64,000 nt of DNA. It comes from an uncultured bacterium (GTDB taxonomy: Bacteria; Verrucomicrobiota; Kiritimatiellia; PWTM01). The notes beneath the pieces were generated by a model. The model made no database searches. It saw only the letters and a program-made list of their open reading frames with translations, and had not been told where the DNA came from. The stretch's first letter is position 1; each line of letters begins with the position of its first letter. The stretch is taken from NCBI GenBank assembly GCA_938005705.1, contig CALLML010000059.1, forward strand, positions 931-64,930, written 5' to 3'. This document shows, in pieces, positions 27,134 through 36,992 of this stretch. Both the position numbers and the translations under genes were made by a program.

Positions 27134-28702
27134 TTATTTCACAATTGTGTTTTTAAACATGAAGGCGTTGTCGCTGAGTCGCAGCGGGAGACCGCTGGCG
27201 GTCACAACGTCTTTCAGGGCAACTTCGCGTGTCGGGGCGTAGGGAAAGGGTTGTTGAAAGGAATCGCTAATAAACTGCGGGTTGAAATTCGCAAAGAGAG
27301 TCGGGCCGCGGTAGCTTGCAAGGGGGTTCGCGTCTTCAATGCGCAGTCCCTCGATCACCACGCGATGGGGCATTGAGCAGGGATAGCCGAAGTCGTGCTG
27401 GCCGTCGTTCGAGCCGCCGATCACGCTGATACGGTCTTTGGGGCCGGAGGGCGCAAAGATGCAATTACGAATGATGATATCGCCTTGCCATGTGCTCCCG
27501 TAGTCGGCGCGCAAGTTGATGAAGGTCATGCCGCGAACGGTCGTATTCTCGGCCAGAAATGTTCCGCCGCCAATGAGGTTGATCCCCATGTGGCCCAGCG
27601 TCGAGTTTCGGATGGTGGCGTTGTGGACGCCCTGGTGCGCGTCGAACCGCGATAGCACGCAGCCGTCGTAGAGCAGGTTTTTCGAGAAATTAGAGGCCAT
27701 GATGCCCCAGTACTGGCGATCCATGATGTCGTTGGTCTGTCGGCAATTCATGAATGAAACGTGGACGGCGCTGTTGACCAGAATATCGTAGGAACCCATG
27801 GATACGGGTTTTCCCGCGGCGCCAACGGTTTTATAGGTTTTATGGCCGGTAAGCAAGGCGTCCTGCACGGTGACATTCGCGCATTGGGCGATGTTGAGGA
27901 ATCCGCTGTAAGGAGCGCCTTGCGCCCCCTCTCCCTGCACATGGTGTTCGAGGCCCACCACACTCACGTTGGAGCGGCGGATGGCGATGCCTCGGGCATG
28001 GTAGTTGTATGTGGACTCGGCTTGGTTGGCGATGGTCGTGAAATGTCCCCCCCGGATTGTCAAGGGGGTTTCATTCAGCGGCAGCACTTGAATGCTTGTG
28101 ATCCTTTGAAAATCCCAGAGGATCGGCGTGCTCGGATCCACGCTGCCGTCCGTATCCGCCACAAACACGTCCGTCTGTGCGCTGCCAGGATTCTGATTCA
28201 GTCCTCGCCGAATGAACCGCTTCGAGCCTTCGTCGCTCACGATCACTAGGCCGGGGTGGGGGAGCGATGCCGGCAGTTTCGTTTGCCCGCGCTTCAGAGA
28301 AGTCACTCCCTCCAGCTGGATCGGCCGCCGAGAGGGGCGTACTTCGAAGACCCAGGAACGGTGATTTTCGAGCCGAGTGTCGTCAATGATAAAGTGGGCG
28401 GTGCCGAAATCGGTGTCGGTCTGAACGATCGCCGTCAGTTTCCGCCCGCTGATGTAGTAGGTCGCGCCATCGCGGGCGTGCACAGGCAATCCGCGCTCGT
28501 TCGCGAACGCGTGCGCCTCGACGATGGCCGGCAGGTCGTCTGTCTCACCATCGCCACGGGCGCCAAACGCTTCATAGGTCACAGTCGTCATGGGAGGAGA
28601 TGCTCCAGTTGCGGCTGGCTCGGCCGAGGTCGCACAAAAAGACGATCGGATTACGAGCGGCACCAGAGTCTTGGCGGCCATCCGCATCGTTATTCGTTGC
28701 AT
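27134..28702 (-). CDS. secreted right-handed beta-helix (pectate-lyase superfamily) protein, probable glycan hydrolase/lyase
   Basis: 522 aa. Signal peptide. N-terminal YEAFGARGDGETDDLPAIVEAHAFA is typical of pectate-lyase-superfamily/GH28-like beta-helix proteins. Confidence 0.72.
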   Translation of the reverse strand: MQRITMRMAAKTLVPLVIRSSFCATSAEPAATGASPPMTTVTYEAFGARGDGETDDLPAIVEAHAFANERGLPVHARDGATYYISGRKLTAIVQTDTDFGTAHFIIDDTRLENHRSWVFEVRPSRRPIQLEGVTSLKRGQTKLPASLPHPGLVIVSDEGSKRFIRRGLNQNPGSAQTDVFVADTDGSVDPSTPILWDFQRITSIQVLPLNETPLTIRGGHFTTIANQAESTYNYHARGIAIRRSNVSVVGLEHHVQGEGAQGAPYSGFLNIAQCANVTVQDALLTGHKTYKTVGAAGKPVSMGSYDILVNSAVHVSFMNCRQTNDIMDRQYWGIMASNFSKNLLYDGCVLSRFDAHQGVHNATIRNSTLGHMGINLIGGGTFLAENTTVRGMTFINLRADYGSTWQGDIIIRNCIFAPSGPKDRISVIGGSNDGQHDFGYPCSMPHRVVIEGLRIEDANPLASYRGPTLFANFNPQFISDSFQQPFPYAPTREVALKDVVTASGLPLRLSDNAFMFKNTIVK

Positions 28703-28714
28703 ATTTGTATGTTC

Positions 28715-29479
28715 TTATTTCAGCCGCTTCCGACACCAGGCAAAATCTGTTCGCGCATTCGCATAAAGGGTTTCGATGTCCTCTTGCGGTCCAAGGCCCC
28801 GGGTGAATTCGATGGTCGCCGTGCCGCCGAAACCATGTGACCGTATGCCGTCGAAGAGGGCCTCGAGCCTTCCTTGATTGGCAGGGAGAGCGGGATCGGC
28901 TGCAGGGTCGCGGAGCTGCACGTGGAGATGAGCTACACGTGAGGAGAGGGCTTCGAACCAAGGATAGGTCCTCACTTCGTCGCCGGTGACATGGACGATG
29001 ATTCCGAAACGCTTGGGGTCAATCTGTGCAAAAAACGCGGAGGCCTCTGCCGGTTGTTCGAGCGCGGTTCCAGGATGACATTCACAAAGCAGGCGGCAGG
29101 AGGTCGGCAATCGTTCCGCCCATGCCAGTAAATTGCGGCGATATTCGTCAAGTCGTTCTCGTTCACGCCCCACGTTATATTTGACGGCCGGCGCCGTGAG
29201 ACGTTCAACCGCCTGTGCCGCCTGCTCACGGGCCTCAGCGTCCGCGTCTGAAAAGCCGGCATAGGTGTTGTACACTGTCACGAATGAGGATTCGATCAGA
29301 CGCTGCTGTTCCTCGGCGTCGGCCAGGGCGAAGTGGTTTTCCCAGAGTTCGATGCCGTCGAAACCGTCGGCCTTGAACCGCGGGAGCCAATCGCTGACCT
29401 GAAAAGATGGTTTTCGTGAGCCCCATCGATTGCGTTCGAGACAGACGGTGCCTATGTAAAACCCACATCGAGTTTTCAT
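28715..29479 (-). CDS. sugar phosphate isomerase/epimerase (xylose-isomerase-like TIM barrel)
   Basis: 254 aa. DGFDGIELWENHF and later His/Glu-containing strands typical of the AP-endonuclease-2/xylose-isomerase-like fold. 13 nt upstream of the beta-helix gene. Confidence 0.72.
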   Translation of the reverse strand: MKTRCGFYIGTVCLERNRWGSRKPSFQVSDWLPRFKADGFDGIELWENHFALADAEEQQRLIESSFVTVYNTYAGFSDADAEAREQAAQAVERLTAPAVKYNVGRERERLDEYRRNLLAWAERLPTSCRLLCECHPGTALEQPAEASAFFAQIDPKRFGIIVHVTGDEVRTYPWFEALSSRVAHLHVQLRDPAADPALPANQGRLEALFDGIRSHGFGGTATIEFTRGLGPQEDIETLYANARTDFAWCRKRLK

Positions 29480-29899
29480 ACGATCCTGACCCTAACAGCA
29501 GAACGAGCGCAACAGAAGAACAATTTATGACGGCCAGGGCACCTTGTTGTTTGCGACGTCTCTTGAGGACGGCGGGCCGGCGCCGAGCGTGGCGTTTCTT
29601 TTATCACGGCGCCGGAGGTCAAGCCATACACGCGCTGACGGTTATGCTCTCGTAGGGCAGGCGGGTTTCATCCCGGTCTGTCCACGGAATGCGTCGCAGT
29701 TGCCCGGGGCGAGACCCTCAGAGAGCGGAAGCGGTGCGTTTGGCATGGACTGGGCGGAATTTTTCGATCAGAGGAAGCAAAGTGTTCTTGTACAGTCACT
29801 GACTTGACCTTTAAATAAGAACGATAGCAAGCGAATGTTGTCAGTTGATCATCCCATGTGCGGGCGGTCTATTCGTCTCAATTCAGCTGAGGTGGTACC

Positions 29900-31666
29900 A
29901 TGCAGCGAGCAAACGGCCAAAATCACGATATCTTGAGCTGCCTGCGGGGAGGTCATCCACGGCTGTTCATTACGATCGAATCATGGCGAGCGATTCAAAA
30001 ACGGCGTCTAGCGGACCCGGAATACGATCGCTTGGCGGAATTCTTCATCCAGCAAGCCGAAGCGGCAACGAAACAACCGCCGATCGAACGGCGGATGATA
30101 GGGCGAAGACTGCTCGAAACGTCGAGGGAGGCGATCTTGCGCATCTGGAAACATGCCGCCGCCTGGCGACTTAGTGCGGATCCGAAATTTCTCGCCGCTG
30201 CCCGGCGCGAAATGCTGGCGGCGGCGGGATTCTCCGACTGGAATCCGTCTCATTTCCTTGATGTCGCCGAGATGACCGCGGCACTGAGCGTCGGTTACGA
30301 TTGGCTGTACGAGGCCCTTGATGCGGATACCCGCTCGGTGATTCGGACGGCGATTGTTCAGCACGGTCTGCGGCCCGCCCTAGAAGAGAATGCGCATACA
30401 TGGTTTTATGCTTCACGCCATAATTGGAACCAGGTCTGCCTCGGAGGGTTGACGCTCGGCGCGTTGGCGATCGCGGAAGACGAGCCGGAGCTTGCGCGGG
30501 AAATTCTGGCGCGCGCGCGCCGCCACATTTTCAACGGGTTGTCCGCCTATGCGCCGGATGGCGTGTACCCGGAAGGGCCGCGCTACTGGTCGTATGGTAC
30601 GGGCTATCAAGTGCTGTTGATCGAGGCGGTGCGCACAGCTCTTGGCATGGACTGGGATATGCCGAAAGCGGAAGGTTTTTTGGTGAGTGCGGATTTTATT
30701 ATACACGCCACAGGCCCGACCGGGCTCTTGTTCAGTTTTGCCGACTCAAGGCCGGAGGCGCGCCTCCTCCCGATCCTGTTGTGGTTTGCACGGGAACGAA
30801 AGTCGCCGCATGGGGCCCAGGATATCCTTGGCCAATGGCGAGCGACCAAGGGCGTGAATTTTATCATGGGACGGGAATGGGCCTCGGTGCTGGCACTCGT
30901 GTGGTGGCCCGAGATCGATCAATCTGAGGGTCCGCCGCCGTCCGGCTTCTGGTATGGACGTGGGGCGAACCCGGTGGCGTTTTGGCGCAGCGGATGGAAC
31001 GATCCGAATGCCGTCTATTTCGCCATTAAAGGCGGCGGAGCCAATGTCAATCATGGCCACATGGACGGCGGTTCGTTTGTGATGGATGCCGGCGGTGTAC
31101 GCTGGGCGGAAGACTTGGGGGCGCAAGATTACCACAGTCTCGAACAACAGGGAGTGAATCTGTGGGATCGCACACAGACCGGTCAACGCTGGGAAGTCTT
31201 CCGGCTGAACAACCATAGTCACAACACGCTGACGATTGAGGGGTCATTGCATCGGGCTGACGCGTTGGCCGTGTTTCTTCGCGCCGACGAATCCGGCGCG
31301 GAGATTGATCTTTCGCCGATCTTTTGCGAGCGGGCCGAACGAGTGACGCGCACCGTCCACTGGCGGGGATTGGAAGGCGTCGAATTACATGATTATCTTG
31401 AGGGCATGCGACCTGGCGTGGATGTGCGATGGGCGTTGGTGACCTCCGCGGCGGCCTCGGTGGAGGAGGGTTCGATCCAGCTGTCGAAGGGGGGGAAGCG
31501 TTTGGCGATTGTTTTTGAGGCCGGCCGGGTGTCGCCGGCGGTGGTGTCTATTGAGAAACCCGGAGGGTTCAATGCGGAGAATCCGGGATATCGCCGGGTC
31601 GAGTTGCACTCCGCGGCGGATGCAACGGGTCGGGCAGAGATTCGTGTGAAGCTGAAACCACAATGA
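29900..31666 (+). CDS. heparinase II/III-like polysaccharide lyase family protein
   Basis: 588 aa. HPRLFIT N-terminal context and NHGHMDGGSFVMDAGGVRWAEDLG in the C-terminal heparinase II/III-like domain. No obvious signal peptide. Confidence 0.78.
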   Translation: MQRANGQNHDILSCLRGGHPRLFITIESWRAIQKRRLADPEYDRLAEFFIQQAEAATKQPPIERRMIGRRLLETSREAILRIWKHAAAWRLSADPKFLAAARREMLAAAGFSDWNPSHFLDVAEMTAALSVGYDWLYEALDADTRSVIRTAIVQHGLRPALEENAHTWFYASRHNWNQVCLGGLTLGALAIAEDEPELAREILARARRHIFNGLSAYAPDGVYPEGPRYWSYGTGYQVLLIEAVRTALGMDWDMPKAEGFLVSADFIIHATGPTGLLFSFADSRPEARLLPILLWFARERKSPHGAQDILGQWRATKGVNFIMGREWASVLALVWWPEIDQSEGPPPSGFWYGRGANPVAFWRSGWNDPNAVYFAIKGGGANVNHGHMDGGSFVMDAGGVRWAEDLGAQDYHSLEQQGVNLWDRTQTGQRWEVFRLNNHSHNTLTIEGSLHRADALAVFLRADESGAEIDLSPIFCERAERVTRTVHWRGLEGVELHDYLEGMRPGVDVRWALVTSAAASVEEGSIQLSKGGKRLAIVFEAGRVSPAVVSIEKPGGFNAENPGYRRVELHSAADATGRAEIRVKLKPQ

Positions 31667-31667
31667 C

Positions 31668-32087
31668 ATGAAAGGGAGCGTGGTGCAACTTATGGAAACG
31701 ATTGCGGGTATAGATCATCCCGCCATCGCCGTGGCAGATGTGGACAGGTTTGCGGAATGGTGTTGCCGGGTGCTCGAATACCGTAAAGTCTGCCGATTGA
31801 GCAAGCCGGTATGGATTCTGCGGGCACCGGACGGCACCTGGTTGGAGGTTATGCCGCAGGACGACACGCCGAGACCTGCGCGCACAACCTGGACGCCTGG
31901 GTGGTCCCATCTGGCGCTGCGGGTGAAGGACTTTGATCAGGCGGTGTCTCTGTTGGAATCGCGCGGCGTGGTCTTCGACGGCCCGGAAGCGCCGGCGGCC
32001 GGCGGCGGTCGTGTGCGCAGTTTTTCGGACCCGGAAGGCAATCTGTGGCAGATTGTCGAGCGCCCGGCGGAATCTCTCAACGAATGA
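31668..32087 (+). CDS. VOC (glyoxalase/bleomycin-resistance) family protein
   Basis: 139 aa. IDHPAIAVADVD...WSHLALRVKDFDQAV...FSDPEGNLWQIVE pattern. Starts 2 nt after the lyase stop. Confidence 0.75.
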   Translation: MKGSVVQLMETIAGIDHPAIAVADVDRFAEWCCRVLEYRKVCRLSKPVWILRAPDGTWLEVMPQDDTPRPARTTWTPGWSHLALRVKDFDQAVSLLESRGVVFDGPEAPAAGGGRVRSFSDPEGNLWQIVERPAESLNE

Positions 32088-32892
32088 TACGAGGCGCCGG
32101 CCGTTCCTCGCCGAGCCGCGGCCCTTGTTGTTCCCAATAATTGTCGAAATGTCCCGGCGCGCACCGCTGAACGATGAATGCCTCCGCGGCGTTCAGTCCC
32201 GCGGATTTGCCGGTGCGGCACGCCAGTTCAGAAATCCAGTGCCGAGTCCGTTGCTTCAGTTCTTCCGTTGCGACGAACGATCTGGGCGACTTGCTCGTGC
32301 TCATCAATACGTCCAAGGTTGCCAACGTGGCCTCGAAATGAAGCAGGGCCTCCGTCTTTTGGTTCAGCCACGGTTCGATATTGACGAATGTATTGGGCGT
32401 ATCACCGAGCTGTCCCATGAACCAGATTTCCGACGGCTGGCAAGGAGAAAGGCCCTCCGCGATCTGATCCGGGTAGAGGAGCGGAAAACACGCGAATGTG
32501 GCTGCTTCAGCAGCGGCGCGCCCGACCAGGGTATGATCCGGATGGATTTCGTATCTCGCCCAAGGGTCCAGCGTCAACACGCGATCCGGTGCGTGGCGGC
32601 GCACGCAGCGAACAAGTTCGCGTCTCAAGGAAGAAAAATCCATACCCTCGCCATCCGGGAAACCGAGCATTTCGGTGACTGCGATGCCCAGAACGGCATC
32701 CGCCGCCCGCAACTCCGCCGTCCGCTGCGCGGCCAGTTGAGCCGATGAGATCTCGCCGCTTAGGGTGCCGAGCCCGCCCGCTGTGCAACAGACGGAAACG
32801 ACGCAATGCCCTTCCGTAATCCATCGCGCGAGCGTGCCGCCGGCGTTCAAGTGGGAATCATCCGGATGGGGAAAAATCGCCAGAATTTTCAT
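32077..32892 (-). CDS. PIG-L family deacetylase
   Basis: 271 aa. N-terminal ILAIFPHPDDSHLNAGGTLA motif. Confidence 0.82.
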   Translation of the reverse strand: MKILAIFPHPDDSHLNAGGTLARWITEGHCVVSVCCTAGGLGTLSGEISSAQLAAQRTAELRAADAVLGIAVTEMLGFPDGEGMDFSSLRRELVRCVRRHAPDRVLTLDPWARYEIHPDHTLVGRAAAEAATFACFPLLYPDQIAEGLSPCQPSEIWFMGQLGDTPNTFVNIEPWLNQKTEALLHFEATLATLDVLMSTSKSPRSFVATEELKQRTRHWISELACRTGKSAGLNAAEAFIVQRCAPGHFDNYWEQQGPRLGEERPAPRIIR

Positions 32893-32901
32893 GTTTTTCG
32901 T

Positions 32902-33978
32902 TCATTCATAGGCGCCCAGTTGTTTGGCGAGCATCACGGTCTTTCGAAAGGTCTCGAGACTGACGCTAGTCGGGACGGAATGATCGCTCGAAAAAATGTA
33001 TCCGCCGTTTCGTTTTAGTGCCGGGACCAGACGCCGCATTTCCGCGGCTATGGCGTCAAAATCGTCCCACAGCACGGCATTGATGCCACCATAAAGCAGG
33101 AGCCGGTCTCCAAATCGCTGTTTCAGATCCAGAGGATCCATACCCGCTTTAATTTCCAGAGGGTTGAGCCCGTCAAGACCGATTTCGACCAACTCAGGAA
33201 CGAACGGCCGGATATCCCCGCAGGAATGCAATAACGCCTTGATCCCTTTTGCATGGGCCCATTCGATCGCCCGTCGATGGACGGGTTTTAGCAGGTCGCG
33301 GTACATCGAGAGCGAGAAGAACTGATTGTGCTTGTAGCCCATGTCGTCCCACCACTTGACGGCGTCGAAGGTATATCCGGCGTCCCAGACCATGTCGAAC
33401 AGCACCAGACAAACGTCCAGCTCGTGGTTGAAGATTTCCACGATCCATTCAGGATCCTCGGCCATAGCCGTGAGCACTCGCTCGGTACCCATGACCCACG
33501 AATGGGTAATATCGAATCCGAACCAAAGGCCGGCCTGAATCCAGGCGCCCTCTTCGCGCCAGTGGCGATAGTTCTTTTCCAATCGTGCCCAGTCCACCCG
33601 GTCGCGCGTGGGCGTCATGCGCTCTTTGGCCTTGCGCCAGGAGTCAGGGTCCACAATCGTGAAATCAAGAAATTCGGGTGTGCCGCCGGCATGTTTCCAG
33701 TTGCGCATCGTTACACCCCAGGCGGTTGTTTGAGTTGTTGAATTTTCGTTTTCCTCCAGAACGCGGACGGGATAACGGGGGCTGTTGTCAACGCCAATGC
33801 CGACAATACGATCGAGCCCAAAATAATCGACGTAGGACATGTTTCCCGGCATTCCTTCGGCATGCCAACGTTCGACAGTGGCCGCCCATGGCTCATCGAA
33901 TATAGGTATGCGATCGGCCTCTCGATGTTCGTACATTCGCTGAATACGTTCCTGACTGGTCATGGGGGGGATGGTCAT
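32902..33978 (-). CDS. uroporphyrinogen-decarboxylase (URO-D) family protein
   Basis: 358 aa from the ATG at 33978, preceded by aaggag. The ORF-track extension to 34206 runs into repeat copy B. URO-D-like TIM barrel features (IKALLHSCGDIRPF). Confidence 0.7.
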   Translation of the reverse strand: MTIPPMTSQERIQRMYEHREADRIPIFDEPWAATVERWHAEGMPGNMSYVDYFGLDRIVGIGVDNSPRYPVRVLEENENSTTQTTAWGVTMRNWKHAGGTPEFLDFTIVDPDSWRKAKERMTPTRDRVDWARLEKNYRHWREEGAWIQAGLWFGFDITHSWVMGTERVLTAMAEDPEWIVEIFNHELDVCLVLFDMVWDAGYTFDAVKWWDDMGYKHNQFFSLSMYRDLLKPVHRRAIEWAHAKGIKALLHSCGDIRPFVPELVEIGLDGLNPLEIKAGMDPLDLKQRFGDRLLLYGGINAVLWDDFDAIAAEMRRLVPALKRNGGYIFSSDHSVPTSVSLETFRKTVMLAKQLGAYE

Positions 33979-34061
33979 TACATATACTCCTTCATGAGTC
34001 GGACGACATCTTGTGCCGGACGAATGGTCTTTCAAAACAACCCTTTTGTACACGAAAAGAG

Positions 34062-34212
34062 CATTACCCATCGTCTCATTATGGTCCTGACATACTCGTT
34101 TATAGCGCCGCGGCCCAAGCAAGCAGAGGCCCTGGATGCTTCGGACGGGGGCGGGAGCTTGCTCGCGACGCAACAAACAACCATGTAAAGACAATACTGA
34201 GAACACTCATAT
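34062..34212 (-). repeat. intergenic structured repeat, copy B (copy-A orientation lies on the minus strand)
   Basis: The plus strand aligns with the reverse complement of copy A: cgtctcattatggtcctgacatactcgttta ... gagcttgctcgcg ... catgtaaagacaat. Confidence 0.78.
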
Positions 34213-34331
34213 ATTCCATGTTTGGATGTTATTCAATGACCAAAATGCAACCCGAGGCGTATAAGGGGGCCCGCGAGGATGGCGATCCGGTCGTTCCTCC
34301 CTTTCGCCGAATCCGGAGGCCCTATCACTTG

Positions 34332-35429
34332 TCAACTCACCGATGGGGCGTCTTCGATAGCGGCGGGATGCGGACCGGCCTCCGCCAGAATTCGTCGCCC
34401 TGCCTCCAACAGCCGCGCCATTTGTTCATCCGTGCCGATGGTGATGCGGACATACGCTCCGGTACGTTCGCCAGGAAAATAGCGGACAAATATTCGCTCG
34501 GCGCGCAAGCGTTCGAATAATGTTTGGGCCGAGATTTTTGACGGCGGTTTCGCCCAAAGAAAATTGGTTTCAGAGGGCGTGAGGTCAAAACCCATGGCGT
34601 ACAGTCGTTGCGCCGTCGCTTCGCGTGTCCGGACTATGCGCGCGACGTTGTCGCGCATGTGGCCGAGATCGGATAGGGCGGCGAGGGCTGTTTCCTGCGT
34701 CAGACGGTCCACATTGTAGGAATCCTTCAGTTTGAAAAGAGCGGCGATCAGATCCGATGGGCCGACGGCATAACCCAAACGCAGGCCGGCCAGCGAAAAG
34801 GATTTTGAAAGCGTTCGGACCGCAATGACATTAGGAAGGCTCAGGGCTAGGTCCAGGTCATTCGCGGAAGCAAAGTCGGCATAGGCCTCGTCCAGAACAA
34901 CCACACCGTCGTTCGTGCGGCAGAAATGCTCGACTGCGGCACGGGGAAAGCGGCGTCCGGTCGGCGCGTTGGGCTGGGTGAGGAAAAAAAGCGATACGCG
35001 GTAGGTTTCCGGCATTTGCCATTCGAAGTTCGGTCCGAGCGGGAGCGGTGCTGCCGGTCGCTCTTCGGCGCAAGTCAGCACAGAATACAGCGAATAAGAC
35101 GGTTCGAACCATCCTACCGGCTCGTGCCGTCGGCCGAAGGCTCGAACACACCAGGCGAGAATTTCATCGGATCCGTTCCCGATGATGACTTGTTCCGGGC
35201 GGCAGCGGTGAATCTCGGACACGCGTTCACAAAGTCGTCGGCAGTTCGGATCCGGATAGAGTCGCAGCGTTTCTGCGGAAAAACGACGTATGGCCTCCGT
35301 CACCGCCGGCGAGGGCGGGTAAGGGTTCTCGTTGGTGTTAAGTTTCAATATATCGGATTCCCGCGGCTGTTCGCCGGGCGTGTAAGCGGTCATGGCCACG
35401 ACGGCGGGCCGGACATAATTTCGATTCAT
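34332..35429 (-). CDS. hisC: histidinol-phosphate aminotransferase
   Basis: 365 aa. YTPGEQP, KLNTNENPYPPSP and the PLP-Lys context LSKSFSLAGLRLGY. Confidence 0.92.
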   Translation of the reverse strand: MNRNYVRPAVVAMTAYTPGEQPRESDILKLNTNENPYPPSPAVTEAIRRFSAETLRLYPDPNCRRLCERVSEIHRCRPEQVIIGNGSDEILAWCVRAFGRRHEPVGWFEPSYSLYSVLTCAEERPAAPLPLGPNFEWQMPETYRVSLFFLTQPNAPTGRRFPRAAVEHFCRTNDGVVVLDEAYADFASANDLDLALSLPNVIAVRTLSKSFSLAGLRLGYAVGPSDLIAALFKLKDSYNVDRLTQETALAALSDLGHMRDNVARIVRTREATAQRLYAMGFDLTPSETNFLWAKPPSKISAQTLFERLRAERIFVRYFPGERTGAYVRITIGTDEQMARLLEAGRRILAEAGPHPAAIEDAPSVS

Positions 35430-36733
35430 CGAGCCTCCTTCGCCAATCGAGTGGCCACTGAGCGGACGTGCCCCGGCAACCCCTCGACCGCACCGAGGAT
35501 TTCAATTTCGGGCCGCATCTCCATCAAGTCGGCGCGCGTGAGTTTTAAAAGGCTCATGCGGCGACGAAAATCCTCGACCGTCAAACCGGAGAAAAACCGT
35601 GCGGTTCCGCCTGTCGGCAGCACATGGCTAGGCCCGGCAGCGAAATCGCCGGCACTTTCGGGCGTCCAAGACCCCAGAAAAATCGCGCCGGCGGATGAAA
35701 TGCGTCGAGCGACGATCTCGGGATGTCGAGTCTGTATTTCCAGATGTTCTGGTGCAAAACGGTTCACGAGCTCGATGGCTGCATCAAGGTCCGGCGTGAT
35801 CGCCAGCACGGTGTGGTGCTCGAGAACGCGACGGATCGCTTCCGGCCTCGACAACGCAGCGGCCTGGCGTGGAAGCTCATCACGCACAGCGCTCGCCAGA
35901 GCGGCGGAGGGCGTCGCCAGCAACACGCGCTCACGGCCGGTGCCGTGTTCGGCTTGCGAGAGGAGGTCGGCGGCAACCGCCGCGGGAAAAGCCGAGGCGT
36001 CGGCCAGGACGGCAATTTCGCTTGGTCCAGCGACCATATCCAGCGCGACGTGTCCGTACACGAGACGTTTGGCCGCGGTGACATATGCACCGCCGGGTCC
36101 GACGATCTTGTCCACGCGTCGGATGGTGGCGGTGCCGAATGCCATCGCGCCGATGGCCGGGATGCCACCGATGCGGTACACCTCCGTGGCGCCGGCGATC
36201 TGGAGAGCGCAGAGAATGTGACAATCCACGGAGCCGTCCGCGCGCGACGGCGTGCAAGCGACGATCTCCCGCACACCGACGACGCGGGCGAGTGGGACGG
36301 TCATGAGCACGGTCGAAGCCAACGGGGCCGCGCCGCCAGGGATATAGACCCCGACGCGCCGGAGCGGCACAAATCGTTCACCGAGAAACCCACCGCCGCG
36401 TGTGGGTATTCGCCAGTCCGCCCGCATTCCGGCGCGGGCGAAACGTTCCACGCGGCGGAGTACGACGCGGACCGCGCGTCGAAACGCGGGCTTCACACGG
36501 CGCACCGCTTCCGCCATCTCGGTCTCGGTCACACGGAAGCGTACTGGCGACAAACGCGCTCCGTCATAACGGCGGATCAAGCGGGCGATAGCGCGGTCTC
36601 CTTCCTTACGAACGGCTTCCAAAGCCGCATGCGCTGTGGATTCTGCTGCCGGATCCACCGGCGGCGCACACAACAGATCGTCCACCGGCCCCGATGGCCG
36701 ATCCGGATGCCACGTCACGATGGGAATATTCAT
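35426..36733 (-). CDS. hisD: histidinol dehydrogenase
   Basis: 435 aa from the ATG at 36733 (ggagac RBS, 13 nt after the upstream stop). GPGGAYVTAAK, MVAGPSEIAVLAD and QAEHG motifs. ATGA-type overlap with hisC. Confidence 0.92.
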   Translation of the reverse strand: MNIPIVTWHPDRPSGPVDDLLCAPPVDPAAESTAHAALEAVRKEGDRAIARLIRRYDGARLSPVRFRVTETEMAEAVRRVKPAFRRAVRVVLRRVERFARAGMRADWRIPTRGGGFLGERFVPLRRVGVYIPGGAAPLASTVLMTVPLARVVGVREIVACTPSRADGSVDCHILCALQIAGATEVYRIGGIPAIGAMAFGTATIRRVDKIVGPGGAYVTAAKRLVYGHVALDMVAGPSEIAVLADASAFPAAVAADLLSQAEHGTGRERVLLATPSAALASAVRDELPRQAAALSRPEAIRRVLEHHTVLAITPDLDAAIELVNRFAPEHLEIQTRHPEIVARRISSAGAIFLGSWTPESAGDFAAGPSHVLPTGGTARFFSGLTVEDFRRRMSLLKLTRADLMEMRPEIEILGAVEGLPGHVRSVATRLAKEAR

Positions 36734-36746
36734 AGGAGTCTCCGTT

Positions 36747-36992
36747 TCAGCGTCGCACGGCCTCGTTGAACGCGCCGCACTGGGGGCAGGTTGCAAGCGG
36801 CACATTTCGCCGATCTTCATACACCTGCCGACATTCACGACATTGGTATAGCCGGGTTCGACGTCGCGGCGGACGGAGGCGCGCATCGCGCCAGGCGTAA
36901 AATAGGCTCACTCCCATGGCCAGCGTCAACGCGCCCAAGGGACCGATCATGAAGTAAGAGTTCGTGGAGAGGCAGACGGTCGAAATAATCAT
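36747..36992 (-). CDS. small membrane protein with C-terminal zinc ribbon
   Basis: 81 aa. One or two TM segments, then CRECRQ...CPQCG (CxxC-N15-CxxC). 4-nt overlap with the upstream gene. Confidence 0.6.
   Translation of the reverse strand: MIISTVCLSTNSYFMIGPLGALTLAMGVSLFYAWRDARLRPPRRRTRLYQCRECRQVYEDRRNVPLATCPQCGAFNEAVRR

Noticed and set aside
33979-34206. N-terminal extension of the URO-D-family ORF, and similar conserved-looking peptides (RLIMVLTYSF..RPxQAEA) read through all four repeat copies
   Set aside because: The peptide similarity is explained by nucleotide conservation of the repeat. The ATG is present in copies A and B only (ATT in C and D). The downstream parts of the frames differ in length and sequence. 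The URO-D gene has a strong aaggag RBS at its internal ATG.
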